A stretch of DNA of 64,000 bases from an uncultured Methanosarcinales archaeon (GCA_964593285.1 CAZQHZ010000003.1:1-64000), one strand, 5' to 3'. Shown: positions 20,442 through 32,414, counted from the stretch's first letter. The notes: generated by a model from the letters alone, not told the origin. Made by a program: numbers and translations.

Positions 20442-21044
20442 CTAAATATCAATAATTTTTCCATCTCTTCCGACATTTATGACATTGGTATTTCCTATTT
20501 TTTCTTCAATCCCTTGTGCTTCATGAACATGGCTACATAGATGTAAATCGGGATTAAATGTTTCAATTGCTTTTCTAACACCACTGCTTCCTTTGAAAAG
20601 TGTGGTAAATTTTTCTATTTTAGAGTTAGATGGATGAACGTGCGTTACCATTATTTTTTTTGATAAATAATTTATTTGTTTGTGACTTTTTTGTAAGTGA
20701 TAAAAAAATTCATCTTCAGTTAATTTTTCGTTTCCAATATTTGCTTTTCCAGCACCAAAAATTCCAACATCATTATATTTTACACCATAACCATGTATGT
20801 TTTTTATATTGTATGTACTGGATAAAAAATTTGCTGTTGCAAAACTATCATGATTTCCTGGGACAAAAATTACTTTTAGTTCTTTTTCAACAAAATATTT
20901 TATGAGATTATCACTACTTTTATCAAAATGGGTAATATCTCCACAAAGAATTACTAAATCAACTTTTTCAGATTTAGCTTTATTAGCTAATCTTTTAGCT
21001 AAATTTATGTCTCCATGAATGTCTCCTGCTGCAAATATTTTCAT
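20442..21044 (-). CDS. Calcineurin-like metallophosphoesterase (Icc family)
   Basis: GDIHG, CGD, PGNHD, THVHP, SHVHE motifs. Confidence 0.9.
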   Translation of the reverse strand: MKIFAAGDIHGDINLAKRLANKAKSEKVDLVILCGDITHFDKSSDNLIKYFVEKELKVIFVPGNHDSFATANFLSSTYNIKNIHGYGVKYNDVGIFGAGKANIGNEKLTEDEFFYHLQKSHKQINYLSKKIMVTHVHPSNSKIEKFTTLFKGSSGVRKAIETFNPDLHLCSHVHEAQGIEEKIGNTNVINVGRDGKIIDI

Positions 21045-21088
21045 AATTTATTTAGGATGTTAATTTATTATAAAAATTTATTTGTTGT

Positions 21089-21664
21089 TTATTTTCGTTC
21101 TTTGATTGTTATTTCTTTTGATGTCAAATCAATAAGTGTTGATGGTTTTCCTTTTTTTTCTCCTTCATCTATACTAAAAGAACAATTTATTTTTATGTTT
21201 TCATCTAGTTGCTCTATGTTTGTTACAAAATTTTCACCAGTAATGTTTGCAGAAGTTGTAATTATTGGAATATTCGCTTTTTTTATAATTTCCATGAACC
21301 AATTATTTGGTATTCTAACACCAATTGTTTTATTTGATAAATTTACTTCTTGTGCTATTGCTTTATTATTTTTTAAATTTAAAATTAATGTGTATGGTCC
21401 TGGAAGTTTATCTATCCAAGTTTCAATTTTTGGATTAATTATACAATTATCATATATCCATTTTTTATTTGGTGCAATTATTGATAATGGTCTAGTATTT
21501 TGTCTTTTTGTATCTCTTAAATTTTTTACAGCAATATTATCTTTTGCATTACAACCTATTCCATAAATTGTATCTGTTGGATAAATGAATAAATTTCCTT
21601 TTAATATTTTTAAAATTATTTTTTCTTCATGCAATTTGGTTTCATCTTTTGTATAAATTTTCAT
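21089..21664 (-). CDS. tsaC: Threonylcarbamoyl-AMP synthase (YrdC/Sua5 family)
   Basis: YPTDTIYGIGC, KR…RPL, LPGPYT, IGVRIP, TTSANITG, PSTLID. Confidence 0.92.
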   Translation of the reverse strand: MKIYTKDETKLHEEKIILKILKGNLFIYPTDTIYGIGCNAKDNIAVKNLRDTKRQNTRPLSIIAPNKKWIYDNCIINPKIETWIDKLPGPYTLILNLKNNKAIAQEVNLSNKTIGVRIPNNWFMEIIKKANIPIITTSANITGENFVTNIEQLDENIKINCSFSIDEGEKKGKPSTLIDLTSKEITIKERK

Positions 21665-21806
21665 ATTTTGGTGAATGTTTTAATTATTTATATTATTTAT
21701 TGAGTTTTATTTTTTTTAATAAATTCTTTATATTTATTTTCTATATAGAAAATAAGTAGAATACATAAAAATATTTAAATAGTTATTACTTTGTAGTAGT
21801 TTTAGA

Positions 21807-22757
21807 ATGAAAAAAGACAATTATTATTTTAAAAATAATCATATTGAAAATGTTGTACTCAATTCTAAAAATATTAACATACTTGAAGAGGAAATAATTA
21901 AAACAATTGACGATTTGTTTATTGTTGAAAATGAATTTGAAAAGAAAAAATTGTCCTATACAAAAAAATTCAAAAAGCCAATAAATTTATTTAAAACTTT
22001 AAAAAAAGAAGTTGATGATTATTTTGGTGTTGATAAAATAAGTATGCCAATTTGCTATACTCCATCATTTTTTAATGAAATAAAATCAAAATCAGCAGAT
22101 ATTTCAAATTCTTTTTTGAGTTTAATATTTTGTAGTGGTGTATTCGCTTCGTTTTTTGAGCCAAGTTTATATAATGCAGGAGTAATTGGAAGTTCTGCTC
22201 TTTTATCTTATAAAGTATTTCCATATTCATTTTATAAAAAAACTAATTCAAGGAATCGTTTTTTTAGTGTTATAAATATAAATTCAGATAACCATGAATC
22301 TATGAAAACAACTTTTATTCATGAATATGTTCATGATATTCAAAGGAAAAAAGGTTTAAATAAACAAAATTTAAAAAATCATTCTTTTAAAAGTTTTATT
22401 AAACCAAATTATGAACATTCATATTTCATGGAAGGTCATGCAAGATTTGTTCAATGTGATTTTGCAAAAAAATATGCTAAACATGAAAAAAATGATCTTT
22501 ATTTAATATATCCTTATGTTGATAAAGGTCGAGATTTGTTAATGGCATATTCTGTTTTATGTGATTATTTTAATAAACCTATAAAAGAAGATTTGTTTAT
22601 TTTTGATCTTGATTATAATGAAAATTTAAAAAGTAATAGTAATTACAAAAAAAAGGTTGGTTTTTTTGAACCGCATGCTTTTGGAACAGCATATTTTAGT
22701 ATAATGCAAAAAAAAAGTCCAGATAATTTTTATGAAAATTTTGTAAAAATTTTTTAG
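21807..22757 (+). CDS. Putative zinc metallopeptidase (gluzincin-like)
   Basis: IHEYVHDIQ followed by FMEGHA; hydrophobic segment near residues 100-135. Confidence 0.6.
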   Translation: MKKDNYYFKNNHIENVVLNSKNINILEEEIIKTIDDLFIVENEFEKKKLSYTKKFKKPINLFKTLKKEVDDYFGVDKISMPICYTPSFFNEIKSKSADISNSFLSLIFCSGVFASFFEPSLYNAGVIGSSALLSYKVFPYSFYKKTNSRNRFFSVININSDNHESMKTTFIHEYVHDIQRKKGLNKQNLKNHSFKSFIKPNYEHSYFMEGHARFVQCDFAKKYAKHEKNDLYLIYPYVDKGRDLLMAYSVLCDYFNKPIKEDLFIFDLDYNENLKSNSNYKKKVGFFEPHAFGTAYFSIMQKKSPDNFYENFVKIF

Positions 22758-23848
22758 AATTCATTTAATTTTTTTGTTTTTTGAAAATTAACTATTGTTG
22801 TAGAACCATCATTTCCACCAAGAATTTTTTTAACTGATATAAATTTGTTATCTGCTAATTTTTTAATTTTTCGTTGAAATGTTTTATAAGTATTTTTACC
22901 ATTTTCATCTTTATAAATATTGAATAATTCACCAATTTTTTTTTGTGAATTTTTTTTAATAATTTCTAAAATGAATTTTTCTTCATCAGTTAATTCTTCT
23001 GGGTTTTTAATATTCATTTCTTCTATTTTTCCTAGGGCTTTATTTACATGTTCTATTTCAATAGTTCTGCTACTTTTAATTTCTGCATAGTTTGCAGATT
23101 CTTTCATCAAATGTAGTCCTGTTCTTATATCTTGTTCTTTTGTTGTTTTTTCTATTATTTTAAAAAAAGCATCATCGGTCCATACATTGGGATAAAATGC
23201 CCATTCTTTTCTTTGCTCTAATATGTCTTTGGTTTGTTTGTTGTTATATGGTAAGAATTCAATTATATCGGGCATTAATCTTGATTTTATTCTTTGATCT
23301 AAATTAATTATCCAATCTTTATAATTTGTAATTAAAATTATTGTTTTTCTATATATTTGTTCAAGTAATGTATATAAAAAATCATAATCTTCTAATTTAT
23401 CAACTTCATCAAAAACAAAAACTACTGATTTTTTATTTATTATTGAGGTTATTTTTTTTGCTAATTCCTCTGTTTTTTTATTTTGAATAAATTTGTAATT
23501 TAATTTTTCACAAATTTCAACAATTATTTTATAAGAAGTATTTTTTTGCCAGCAATTAATATATATGGTAAAAATATCATCATAATCTGCATCTTCTAAT
23601 TCTTCTTCTCCTTCTTCTATAACTTTTAGAACATGTTTTAAGGCAACAGTTTTTCCAACTCCAGGTTTTCCATGAATTAATAAATTTTTACCGTTTTTTT
23701 TATAAAATAATGGTTTTATTGCAAATGCAATTTCTCTTTGTTCATTTTCTCTGTGTTTTATTAATTTTGGTTGAAATGAAAAATCTAATGCAATTTCATC
23801 TTTAAATAAAGTTTCATCATTTTTTAAAATATTATTAAATAATCCCAT
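22754..23848 (-). CDS. cdc6: Orc1/Cdc6 replication initiator
   Basis: HRENE, Walker A GKPGVGKT, YINC, Walker B FVFDEVD, RIKSRL, C-terminal winged helix. Confidence 0.9.
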   Translation of the reverse strand: MGLFNNILKNDETLFKDEIALDFSFQPKLIKHRENEQREIAFAIKPLFYKKNGKNLLIHGKPGVGKTVALKHVLKVIEEGEEELEDADYDDIFTIYINCWQKNTSYKIIVEICEKLNYKFIQNKKTEELAKKITSIINKKSVVFVFDEVDKLEDYDFLYTLLEQIYRKTIILITNYKDWIINLDQRIKSRLMPDIIEFLPYNNKQTKDILEQRKEWAFYPNVWTDDAFFKIIEKTTKEQDIRTGLHLMKESANYAEIKSSRTIEIEHVNKALGKIEEMNIKNPEELTDEEKFILEIIKKNSQKKIGELFNIYKDENGKNTYKTFQRKIKKLADNKFISVKKILGGNDGSTTIVNFQKTKKLNEF

Positions 23849-23967
23849 TTTTAATGTTATATTTTATGCATTTTTATATATTTTATTAATTTTTTGTTTA
23901 TTTTGGGTTATTTTGTTAATTTAAATAGAAAAGCTTTTATATATAAAAATAAATAAATTTGTTTATA

Positions 23968-25680
23968 ATGAAAAAATTTTTTAAAAAATCTCAAACTGCA
24001 GGAACTGCAGCTTCTTTTATTGCAATAATTGCAGGTTTTTTATTATTATATTTGTTTTTGATACCACCAGATTTACGAAATGATTTATTAAATGATCAAC
24101 CAATAGATGATGATAACAATAAAAATAATAATAATGAAAATGATTTATTTTTTGATAAATTTAATAAAACTTTATTATCTGTTGTTCCTGGAAGAATTGA
24201 TTATTTGAAACAATCACAATTTGAGCATAACATTCCTTCAGTTTATTTATATACAACAACAAGTGCAAAGGAAGAATTGATTTCTAATGTTGTTTTTGTA
24301 AAAAATAGTATTTTTGATAGAGAAAATGAAGAAGTTACCTTTGATATACCTAGTTTAAATCAGGTAGATAATTTATATTTTATGTTTTCTTTAGGGTCTA
24401 ATGCAAATAATAAAGGTGTTCTTTCAATTTATTTAAATGATAATTTAATTTATAGTCAAAAAGTAAAAAGTGAAGGTTTAACTGAGCCATTATTATTACG
24501 GAAAAATTTTTTAAAAACAAATAATGTTTTAAGGTTTGAAGTTTCTAATGTTGGATATAAATTTTGGACAACTAACGAATATAGGCTTAATAATTTGCGT
24601 TTATTTTATGATTTTACTGATCTTACAAGTCAGGAGAGCAAATTAACATTTATGCTTGATGAATCTGAAAAGTTTAATTTACAATCAGCTATTTTTAGAT
24701 TTAATGCAGATTGTAATCCACATGAAGTTGGTGTTTTAGATGTTAGAATAAATAATCAAAATGTTTTTTCTTCAGTTCCAGATTGTGGAAGTATTAATCA
24801 AGTTACAATTTCACCTCATATTTTAGAAGCTGGACAAAATAATATTGTTTTTGAAGCACAAAAAGGACATTATTTAATTGATCAAATATTAATTAAAACA
24901 AATATGAAAAGTATGTCATATCCAACTTATAATTTTTATATAGATGAATCATTATTTAGAGTTAAAAAAGAAAGTACAAAAACTCCAATGTGTGGTGATG
25001 TTGATGGAATTTGTCCAAGTGATTGTGCTGAACATTTAGATGAGGATTGTTGTTTATTGGAAACTTCTAAGTATTGGTGTCCTATTTTAACTGAAAATAA
25101 TAATGATAGGTGTAGGATTGTTAGAAGTGCTGACGATTGTGAATTGTGTCCTGCAGGTTATGTTGATAAAGATGGTAATGTTCCAGAGTTGTGTGAAGGG
25201 ATGTGTGGAGATAATAATGATGGTGATTGTCCTTTAGATTGTAATAAAAATTATGATAAAAATTGTTGTTTTGAGGATTCACAAGAAAATTATTGGTGTA
25301 GTGTTGTTCCAAAATATGGTAGTGAACATAGATGTAAGCGTTCATTGCATGTGAGTCAATGTTTTATTTGTGAAGAAGGCGACTGGATTTCAAAAGAAGG
25401 TAAATTTGATTGTCCTAATGAAGAAGATGATTTTGAAGAAACACATTCTTTTAGAGAAGGATATGAAGCATGGCTTAAGATGGACTTTTTTGATGATGGA
25501 CAAAGAAAAGCTGCACGAATTTATGTTAATGGTTATCAAGTGTTTTTAGATATTACTGGAAGTGAATATGAACGAAATATTGCTAATTATTTAGAACCTG
25601 GTTCTAATTCAATTAAAATTGAACCACAAGTTTCTAATTTAGATATAAATAAATTAGAAATTGAAGTAAAACAAAAATAA
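23968..25680 (+). CDS. Class III signal peptide (prepilin-like) surface protein with two Cys-rich repeats
   Basis: MKKFFKKSQ then hydrophobic helix; repeated beta domains (L..G.N.I.F); 2x CGD..DG.CP.DC….D..CC……YWC. Confidence 0.65.
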   Translation: MKKFFKKSQTAGTAASFIAIIAGFLLLYLFLIPPDLRNDLLNDQPIDDDNNKNNNNENDLFFDKFNKTLLSVVPGRIDYLKQSQFEHNIPSVYLYTTTSAKEELISNVVFVKNSIFDRENEEVTFDIPSLNQVDNLYFMFSLGSNANNKGVLSIYLNDNLIYSQKVKSEGLTEPLLLRKNFLKTNNVLRFEVSNVGYKFWTTNEYRLNNLRLFYDFTDLTSQESKLTFMLDESEKFNLQSAIFRFNADCNPHEVGVLDVRINNQNVFSSVPDCGSINQVTISPHILEAGQNNIVFEAQKGHYLIDQILIKTNMKSMSYPTYNFYIDESLFRVKKESTKTPMCGDVDGICPSDCAEHLDEDCCLLETSKYWCPILTENNNDRCRIVRSADDCELCPAGYVDKDGNVPELCEGMCGDNNDGDCPLDCNKNYDKNCCFEDSQENYWCSVVPKYGSEHRCKRSLHVSQCFICEEGDWISKEGKFDCPNEEDDFEETHSFREGYEAWLKMDFFDDGQRKAARIYVNGYQVFLDITGSEYERNIANYLEPGSNSIKIEPQVSNLDINKLEIEVKQK

Positions 25681-25761
25681 TTTATTTCTTATATATTAAT
25701 ATAAATAGAAACAATTAAATATTATTTAATTAATGAAATGATTTAGATAGTTAGAAGAATA

Positions 25762-28700
25762 TTGAAATTNNNNNNNNNNNNNNNNNNNNNNNNNNNNNNN
25801 NNNNNNNNNNNNNNNNNNNNNNNNNNNNNNNNNNNNNNNNNNNNNNNNNNNNNNNNNNNNNNNNNNNNNAATCAACAATCAAATGGTCAAGCAGAAAATA
25901 AAAAACCATTTGTTGATAATTCAAAAAAGGCTTATAATGATGATTTAGAAAGAGATAAATTAAAACTAGAAATTGATGATTTAAAAGGGAAAAAAAAAGA
26001 TTCTAAAAGAGAAAATATTGGTAAAAATTTTGAATTTTATAAAGATAGGCATGGAGGTTTAATTTTTATAATTTTAGCATTATTTATACATCTTATAAAG
26101 TATGGTTTGAATTTTAATGTTGGTGCAACATGGATTTTTGATGTTTTATTTGCAATTATTGTTTATTTTTTTATTTTTACAAAAATTGATAGAGATAGCA
26201 AAGGTCTTAGAAGTATTTTTATTATTTTGTTTTTAGAAGTTTTTTTATTGATGATTTTAGGATATTTTGATTTTTTATATGAAAATAAATATGTTCAATA
26301 TTATTTATTTAATAGGTTACTTACACCTTGGTGGTTTTATTTTGCATTAATTTATGCAAATGGTGCAAATAAACCTAGCAAAATTATTCATTTTTTTAAT
26401 TTACTTGTTATAGCTTTTTGGATTGGTGTTATTTTATCAATTCCTGCTGTTAGTTTTGCAAATGTATCTTTTCCTGATTTTGCAAATCTTCCACAATCTG
26501 ATAAATTTTTTGATTTATATGAAAAATCTAAAAATTTTTGGTTTACACAAATTCCTAGTTTAATTTCTGATGGATTTAAAAATCTAGGAAATGAATGGCG
26601 AAGACAAATAAGTATTGCAACGGGTGGTTATTATGTTGGCACGGTTGATAAATATCAAGATGAACCACTTGGGGTTTATATTGATAGTTTAAGACCTACA
26701 GCTCCTGAATTTTCAACAGATAATCCTGTAAGTGTTAGTGCAAGACTTAGAGTATTAACACTTGATGATGGAATTAAAGTTAATGTAAGTTGTTATACTG
26801 ACACTTTAGTTAGAAATCAAAAACTTAAAGCAAGCAAAGTTTATCCAACAGAAGCAAGAACTTATTATAAACAAGAAAGTGAAAATATTGATTGTATTTT
26901 TGATGCGGGTAGATTTAATGATCGAGGAATTCATAAAATAACTGTTGCAGCTGATTTTAATTTTGAAACGTTGGGCTATAAAAAATCTTATTTTATGGAC
27001 AATGAAAGAATGAGGGCTTTGGTAAATGAAGGAAAAGATCCATTAAGAGAATTTGGAATAACTGATAGAAATCCAAAATCTATTTATACAAATGGTCCTG
27101 TAATGATTGGAATGAAAGTTGATGGTTTAATTGGTTTAGACGAATATCAAAGTAGGGATTATAGTTTTGGAATTACAATTGAGCCAAATACTGGTTGGAG
27201 TGGTTATATAAAAAAATTAAATGAATTATTGATAATGGTTCCAGAAGCTTTTGATTTAGATGTTCATTCATGTACGGCTGATTTTGATAAAATAGAAAAT
27301 AATGATTATCAAAATCAATGCGTTGAAGGTTATAAAAAATATCATTCAAGACAATTAAATGATTGTTTAGATGAAGCAGATATTTCAACAAATCATTTTG
27401 ATTATGAAGAGGGTGATTTTTATGATACAGCATTAGTTTCTGATAAAATAAGTGATTTTGAAAAATGTTTAATAAATTATTGTAAAGAAGAAACAGAAGG
27501 TTATAATATATATTCATTAAATGTTTCAAAAAATCCTTCTGAATTTGAGGATATAAAAGAATTTAAAACATTTAATTGTAGATTTCGTGAAAAAGATATT
27601 AATGAAACATTGGGAAATAATCCTCTTGCAACACACTATTTTTTATCAAAAGCTAGGTATGATTATGTTTTAGAAGATGATGTTAATGCTCAAATAAAAC
27701 AAGGAACAACTCCTCATAAGACATATGAACCGGGTTCTAGTAGTTGTAATTTAAAAGTTTCACAGTTTTATGAAGAAATTTCTGAAGTTGTAGAATTAAT
27801 TAATCAGAAATTAGAAGTTCCAGAAATAAATGATGAATCTTTATTAACTGAATGTATTATTGCTTCAATTATATTTCATGAATCTTGTGGTGATCCAAAT
27901 GCACGAAGTCGGGCAGGTGCAATAGGTTTAATGCAATTAATGCCTACAACCGCAGAGGAAATTGTTGATAAAATTTTAAGAGATAAAGATTTAAAAGAAC
28001 ATGCAGAAAGTATTGGTCTTAAAAGATACAATTTAGAAAATCCAAAACATAGTATTTTGCTTGGTACATATTATTTTGCTGAAAGATTAAATAGTGCTAG
28101 TAGTAAAATTTCAAAAGAAAGAAAAAATAGAGATGAGGAAATTTTAAATTATGCTCTTTCAGAATATAATGCAGGTCCTGGAAGTGGAACTAGTTCTTGT
28201 AGAGATGATAATGGGGAATATATTTTGTTTTCTGAATGTTTTAGTAGTAATTTAATACCAAAAGAAACACAAGAATATGTTAGTGAAAAAGTATTACCAT
28301 TAAATAGAAAATGTGAAAGCGGAGAAGTTACTTTTTTAGTAGAATTAAAACAAGAAGATAACGAGGAGTTTGGAGAATCTGAAAAAAAATTATATTTTTA
28401 TTACAAAAAGGAAGATTTGTCTAATTTTGCTGATAATATTAAGATAGATGAAGATCAACAAGATAATATAGCTGGGTTTAAATATCAAATTTTGGATTTA
28501 ATAAAAGGTAAGGAAGATTATATTAAAAAAGATGTAGTTGATGATTTTTTAATTGAAAAAAAAGAAGAAACATCACAAGTAAACTCTCCAACTCTTCCAA
28601 TGACTGATTTAGAAAATTTGCAAGAAGAAGTAATACGATTTACTGATTCAATTTCAAAACATGTTTATATCAAACCATTTGAAATTGAATTAGATGGAAC

Positions 28701-29573
28701 AAAATATAAATTGAATTTAAATGAACCTTTCAACTTATTAATTGATGAAGATTATGAAATAAAAGATATTAAATTGATTTATAATAATTTGTTAACTACT
28801 TCAATTGATGATATTTCAACAAACCCAAAAAGAAAAAAAGCAATTGATGATGGTTTTTATATTTTTGGTAATAATCCTTTTGTTTTGGTAAAATTAGAAA
28901 AAATTGAAAATGNNNNNNNNNNNNNNNNNNNNNNNNNNNNNNNNNNNNNNNNNNNNNNNNNNNNNNNNNNNNNNNNNNNNNNNNNNNNNNNNNNNNNNNN
29001 NNNNNNNNNNNNTATATTTTTGGTAATAATCCTTTTGTTTTGGTAAAATTAGAAAAAATTGAAAATGCTTTAAAATTATCTGTTAAATATCATAAAGGTT
29101 TTATTAAAAACACAAATAATTTTGATATAAGTGTTCAAAGAAACATACAATCCATTTCTCTTAATACTTTTAATTTACTATTAGAGCCATCAATGAATCA
29201 TGGTTTTTCGAAAACCAGTTTTAATTTAGATTTAAGTTTGAATGATTTAAATATTTGTAATTTAATTTTTGATGAAAATTTTATTGAAAAATATTGTAAA
29301 GTTGATTTTACTAATTATCAAATTATTGGTTTATTAATGAGAAATAAAGAATACAATCCAAATAATTATAAAGCCACTATTCAAGTAGAATATAACCCTA
29401 ATTTTGAACATAAATGTTGTAGTAATCCAAAAAGTTGTATAGATCATAAAGATGGGAATTACATGCTTGCAACTTGTGATTACAAAAAGGCAAAAGAGAA
29501 TGGATGTGAAATTAAAAAAGCAATTATTAGAAATAAAGATACTTTTTATTGTGATGATTATGAAACGAACTAA
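25762..29573 (+). CDS. Large multi-TM protein with lytic transglycosylase (SLT) domain; one gene split by a scaffold gap
   Basis: About 5 TM segments. SLT motifs HES, GAIGLMQLMPTTA, NPxxSIxxGxxY, YNAGPG, ETQEYV at about 27850-28295. A 55-bp duplication (28858-28912 = 29013-29067) joins ORFs 25762..29046 and 29040..29573 in frame. True start obscured by Ns at 25770-25869. Confidence 0.85.
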
Positions 29574-30507
29574 ATATTTAATCTTTGTATTTTTTGTGGT
29601 TTTGTTAGTTTTAACTGCATGTGAGCCACGAGATGATGATTTTTTAAAATTAGAAGATTTACGAAAAGGAAGTGATGGTATAAATGTTATTTACACTGAA
29701 AATTCACCACCAAGAGAAGTTACTCAAGAAACTAATTTTAATATAAATGCACAAATTCAAAACAAAGGTGCATATAATACTAATGGGTTTTTATTATTAA
29801 CTGTTGAAAATGATTTTGTTGAAAATGATGAAAACCCTAGAAAAGAAATTAATTTAGATGGAAAAAGTTTACATAATCCTGATGGTGATAAAAAAAATAT
29901 TTTATTTAATTTAAAATCAAAAACTCCTAGAGCTCAAAAGACAAAACATGAAACAACAGTTATTTTAACAACATGTTATAACTATTCAACTTTTTTTCAA
30001 GATGATATATGTATAGATCCAAAGGCTTATTCAACTACCACCCAATTTGATAAAGTGTGTGAATTTAAAGACGAAACTTATAGAAATCAAGGTGCACCGA
30101 TTGCTGTTAAAAAAATAGAATTGATTCCAGAAACAAATAGGGATGATAATATTAAATTAAGATTTAATATTCATGTTGAAAATGTTGGAAAAGGAAATGT
30201 TTTAGGTTATGAATTTATAGAAGATGCTTGTAGTTCAAAGTCTGTAGATAGAACTAAATTAGGTGTTGTTCATATTGATCAAATAATTATTGGTGGATAT
30301 GAATATAGTATGGAAGGTAATGAAAACACAATTGAATGTTTTGATGATGAGATTAAATTATCAAGAGAAAAAGGAATTTTTAGATGTGAAATAAAAAATC
30401 CATTAGATAGCTCATCACCAGAATATATGGCACAAATGGAAGTTAAATTAAAATATGGTTATACTCAAAGTTTTTCAAAATCTTTTTTTATTGAGAGGAG
30501 AATTTAA
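29560..30507 (+). CDS. Lipoprotein, paralog 1 of 4
   Basis: Start moved to MKRTKY; lipobox VLTAC; NKGAY, CYNYxT, QGAPIAV, ENVGKG. Confidence 0.8.
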   Translation: MKRTKYLIFVFFVVLLVLTACEPRDDDFLKLEDLRKGSDGINVIYTENSPPREVTQETNFNINAQIQNKGAYNTNGFLLLTVENDFVENDENPRKEINLDGKSLHNPDGDKKNILFNLKSKTPRAQKTKHETTVILTTCYNYSTFFQDDICIDPKAYSTTTQFDKVCEFKDETYRNQGAPIAVKKIELIPETNRDDNIKLRFNIHVENVGKGNVLGYEFIEDACSSKSVDRTKLGVVHIDQIIIGGYEYSMEGNENTIECFDDEIKLSREKGIFRCEIKNPLDSSSPEYMAQMEVKLKYGYTQSFSKSFFIERRI

Positions 30508-31461
30508 ATGAAAAAAATATATTTTTTAATAATTTGTATTTTTATTATTTCTTGTAGTAACCAGCAGCAAAATTTGGATTATGATAGTGGAACTACAGGG
30601 ATTGTTGCAAATTTTGAAGATAAATTAGATCATACAATTTATGAAGGGCAAGATCTTTCTCTTGTTGTTAATTTACAAAATAAAGGTTCGTATGATGAAG
30701 CTTATGGAAGAGTTATTTTGAGTGGTTTTGATAGGCATATTATGCCTTTTAGAGAATTAGTTGCATATGATAATTATGCAGTTCATTATCTACCTGAACT
30801 TGAATCAAGATCTCCTTATAATATTGATGGAGGTTTTGATACAGTTAGTTTTGAAATTCCAAAAAATAGTATATATTTATCTGATTTTGAAAAATATGAA
30901 CCAAATTTGATGCTTAGTCTTTGTTATTATTATGAAACTAAAGCTACACCAAATGTTTGTATTTCTTTGGATCCATTTAATTCAAAGTCAAAAATATGTG
31001 ATCCTTTTAAGCCAATTGTTATGCAAAATCAAGGTGCACCTGTTGCTGTAACCAGAGTTGAACAGGAAGTTATGGCTGATTTTACAACTTTTATTGTAAC
31101 TGTTGAAAATGTTGGAGAAGGAAATGTTATTACACCAACTCAAGAAAGTGCTGATGCATGTCCATTAAATTTAAAACATGATGATTTAAATGAGTTTGAA
31201 TTTGAAATGAAACTTTCAAATACTCAAAATCCAGAATGCACTCCAAATGGTCGAGCAAGATTGGTTAATGGAAAGGCGGTTATTTTTTGTAAATTTCAAT
31301 TAAGACCAGAATTTACAAAGAATCATAATGAAGAAATTGGAGCTGAAATGTATACAAAACAGTTAGAAATAAATATTAAATATTTTTATAATACAAATAC
31401 TTATAAAAAACTAAAATTGGCAAAACAGCCTGGAACTTATCAAAATACCAATATTGATTGA
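30508..31461 (+). CDS. Lipoprotein, paralog 2 of 4
   Basis: Lipobox IISC; NKGSY, CYYYET…VC, QGAPVAVT, ENVGEG. Confidence 0.8.
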   Translation: MKKIYFLIICIFIISCSNQQQNLDYDSGTTGIVANFEDKLDHTIYEGQDLSLVVNLQNKGSYDEAYGRVILSGFDRHIMPFRELVAYDNYAVHYLPELESRSPYNIDGGFDTVSFEIPKNSIYLSDFEKYEPNLMLSLCYYYETKATPNVCISLDPFNSKSKICDPFKPIVMQNQGAPVAVTRVEQEVMADFTTFIVTVENVGEGNVITPTQESADACPLNLKHDDLNEFEFEMKLSNTQNPECTPNGRARLVNGKAVIFCKFQLRPEFTKNHNEEIGAEMYTKQLEINIKYFYNTNTYKKLKLAKQPGTYQNTNID

Positions 31462-32414
31462 AAATGAATTATAAAAAATATATTTTAATTTTGTTGTTTA
31501 TTTTACTTTTATTTAGTTTAGTTTCTTGTGTTGTTCCAGATGAGGATGTTTTAGACTTAGATTATAGAACAGGAAATTTAGGTTTATTAGTTAATTTTAT
31601 GTCAGGGGCTGTTCCTGATAGTATTTATGAAAATCAAGATTTAGAAATTGTTGCAGAAATTAGAAATGTTGGTGCTTTTAATGAACCTTCTGGAAAAATA
31701 TATCTACATGGTTTTGATGCAACAGTTATTTCTTTTGATAGAAGAATTCAATCAAAAGATGGTGTTGAATTAAATTATTTATATCAAGAAATTCCAAAGA
31801 TTATGGGTAAAAGTGCTTATCAAGATGGAGGATATGATAGAGTATCTTTTGTTGCATCTAGTTCTGATATTAATTTAAAAAGTTCAAAAACTTATAATCC
31901 AAGATTTATTTTAAGTACATGTTTTAATTATAAAACTGTTCTTTCACCAACAGTTTGTATATTACCTGATAGTTCTGTTTTGAAAACTTCTAGTGTTTGC
32001 AAGCCATCAACAATAAGTTTGTCAAGCCAGGGTGCACCTGTTGCTGTAACAAAAGTTGAAACACAAGTTGTTGGTAATAACAATAAATTTTATATAACAA
32101 TTGAGAATGTTGGCAATGGAAGAGTTATTTTAAATAATGAAGAATCGTTTAGCAATTGTCCTTTAAAATTAGAAGATACTGATTTAGATATTGTTGAATT
32201 TGAAGTTAAGATAGATAATTTAGAAAAACCAGTATGTTATCCAGAAGGTAAAGTTAAGTTATTTAATGACAAAGCGAGGATTGAATGTGTTTTTTCAACA
32301 TTAAAAGATAATGAAAAAATTGTTTCATCACCTTATACTACCCCACTTCAAATTTCATTAGATTATAATTATTTAATTTCAACAAAAAAGGAAATAAAAA
32401 TAATTCCAACTTAA
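31458..32414 (+). CDS. Lipoprotein, paralog 3 of 4
   Basis: Lipobox LVSC; NVGAF, CFNYKT…VC, QGAPVAVT, ENVGNG. Confidence 0.8.
   Translation: MKMNYKKYILILLFILLLFSLVSCVVPDEDVLDLDYRTGNLGLLVNFMSGAVPDSIYENQDLEIVAEIRNVGAFNEPSGKIYLHGFDATVISFDRRIQSKDGVELNYLYQEIPKIMGKSAYQDGGYDRVSFVASSSDINLKSSKTYNPRFILSTCFNYKTVLSPTVCILPDSSVLKTSSVCKPSTISLSSQGAPVAVTKVETQVVGNNNKFYITIENVGNGRVILNNEESFSNCPLKLEDTDLDIVEFEVKIDNLEKPVCYPEGKVKLFNDKARIECVFSTLKDNEKIVSSPYTTPLQISLDYNYLISTKKEIKIIPT

Noticed and set aside
16534..21566. Long hydrophobic + strand ORFs (16534..17142, 21015..21566 and similar)
   Set aside because: Antisense to well-supported genes; F/L/I/S-rich composition is expected from reverse-complemented K/N/E codons.
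23849..23967. Replication origin beside cdc6
   Set aside because: Short AT-rich divergent promoter region with no recognisable ORB repeats.
28858..29067. 55-bp direct repeat and a separate 177-aa gene
   Set aside because: The repeat flanks a 100-N gap; it is an unmerged contig overlap, and merging gives one continuous ORF.
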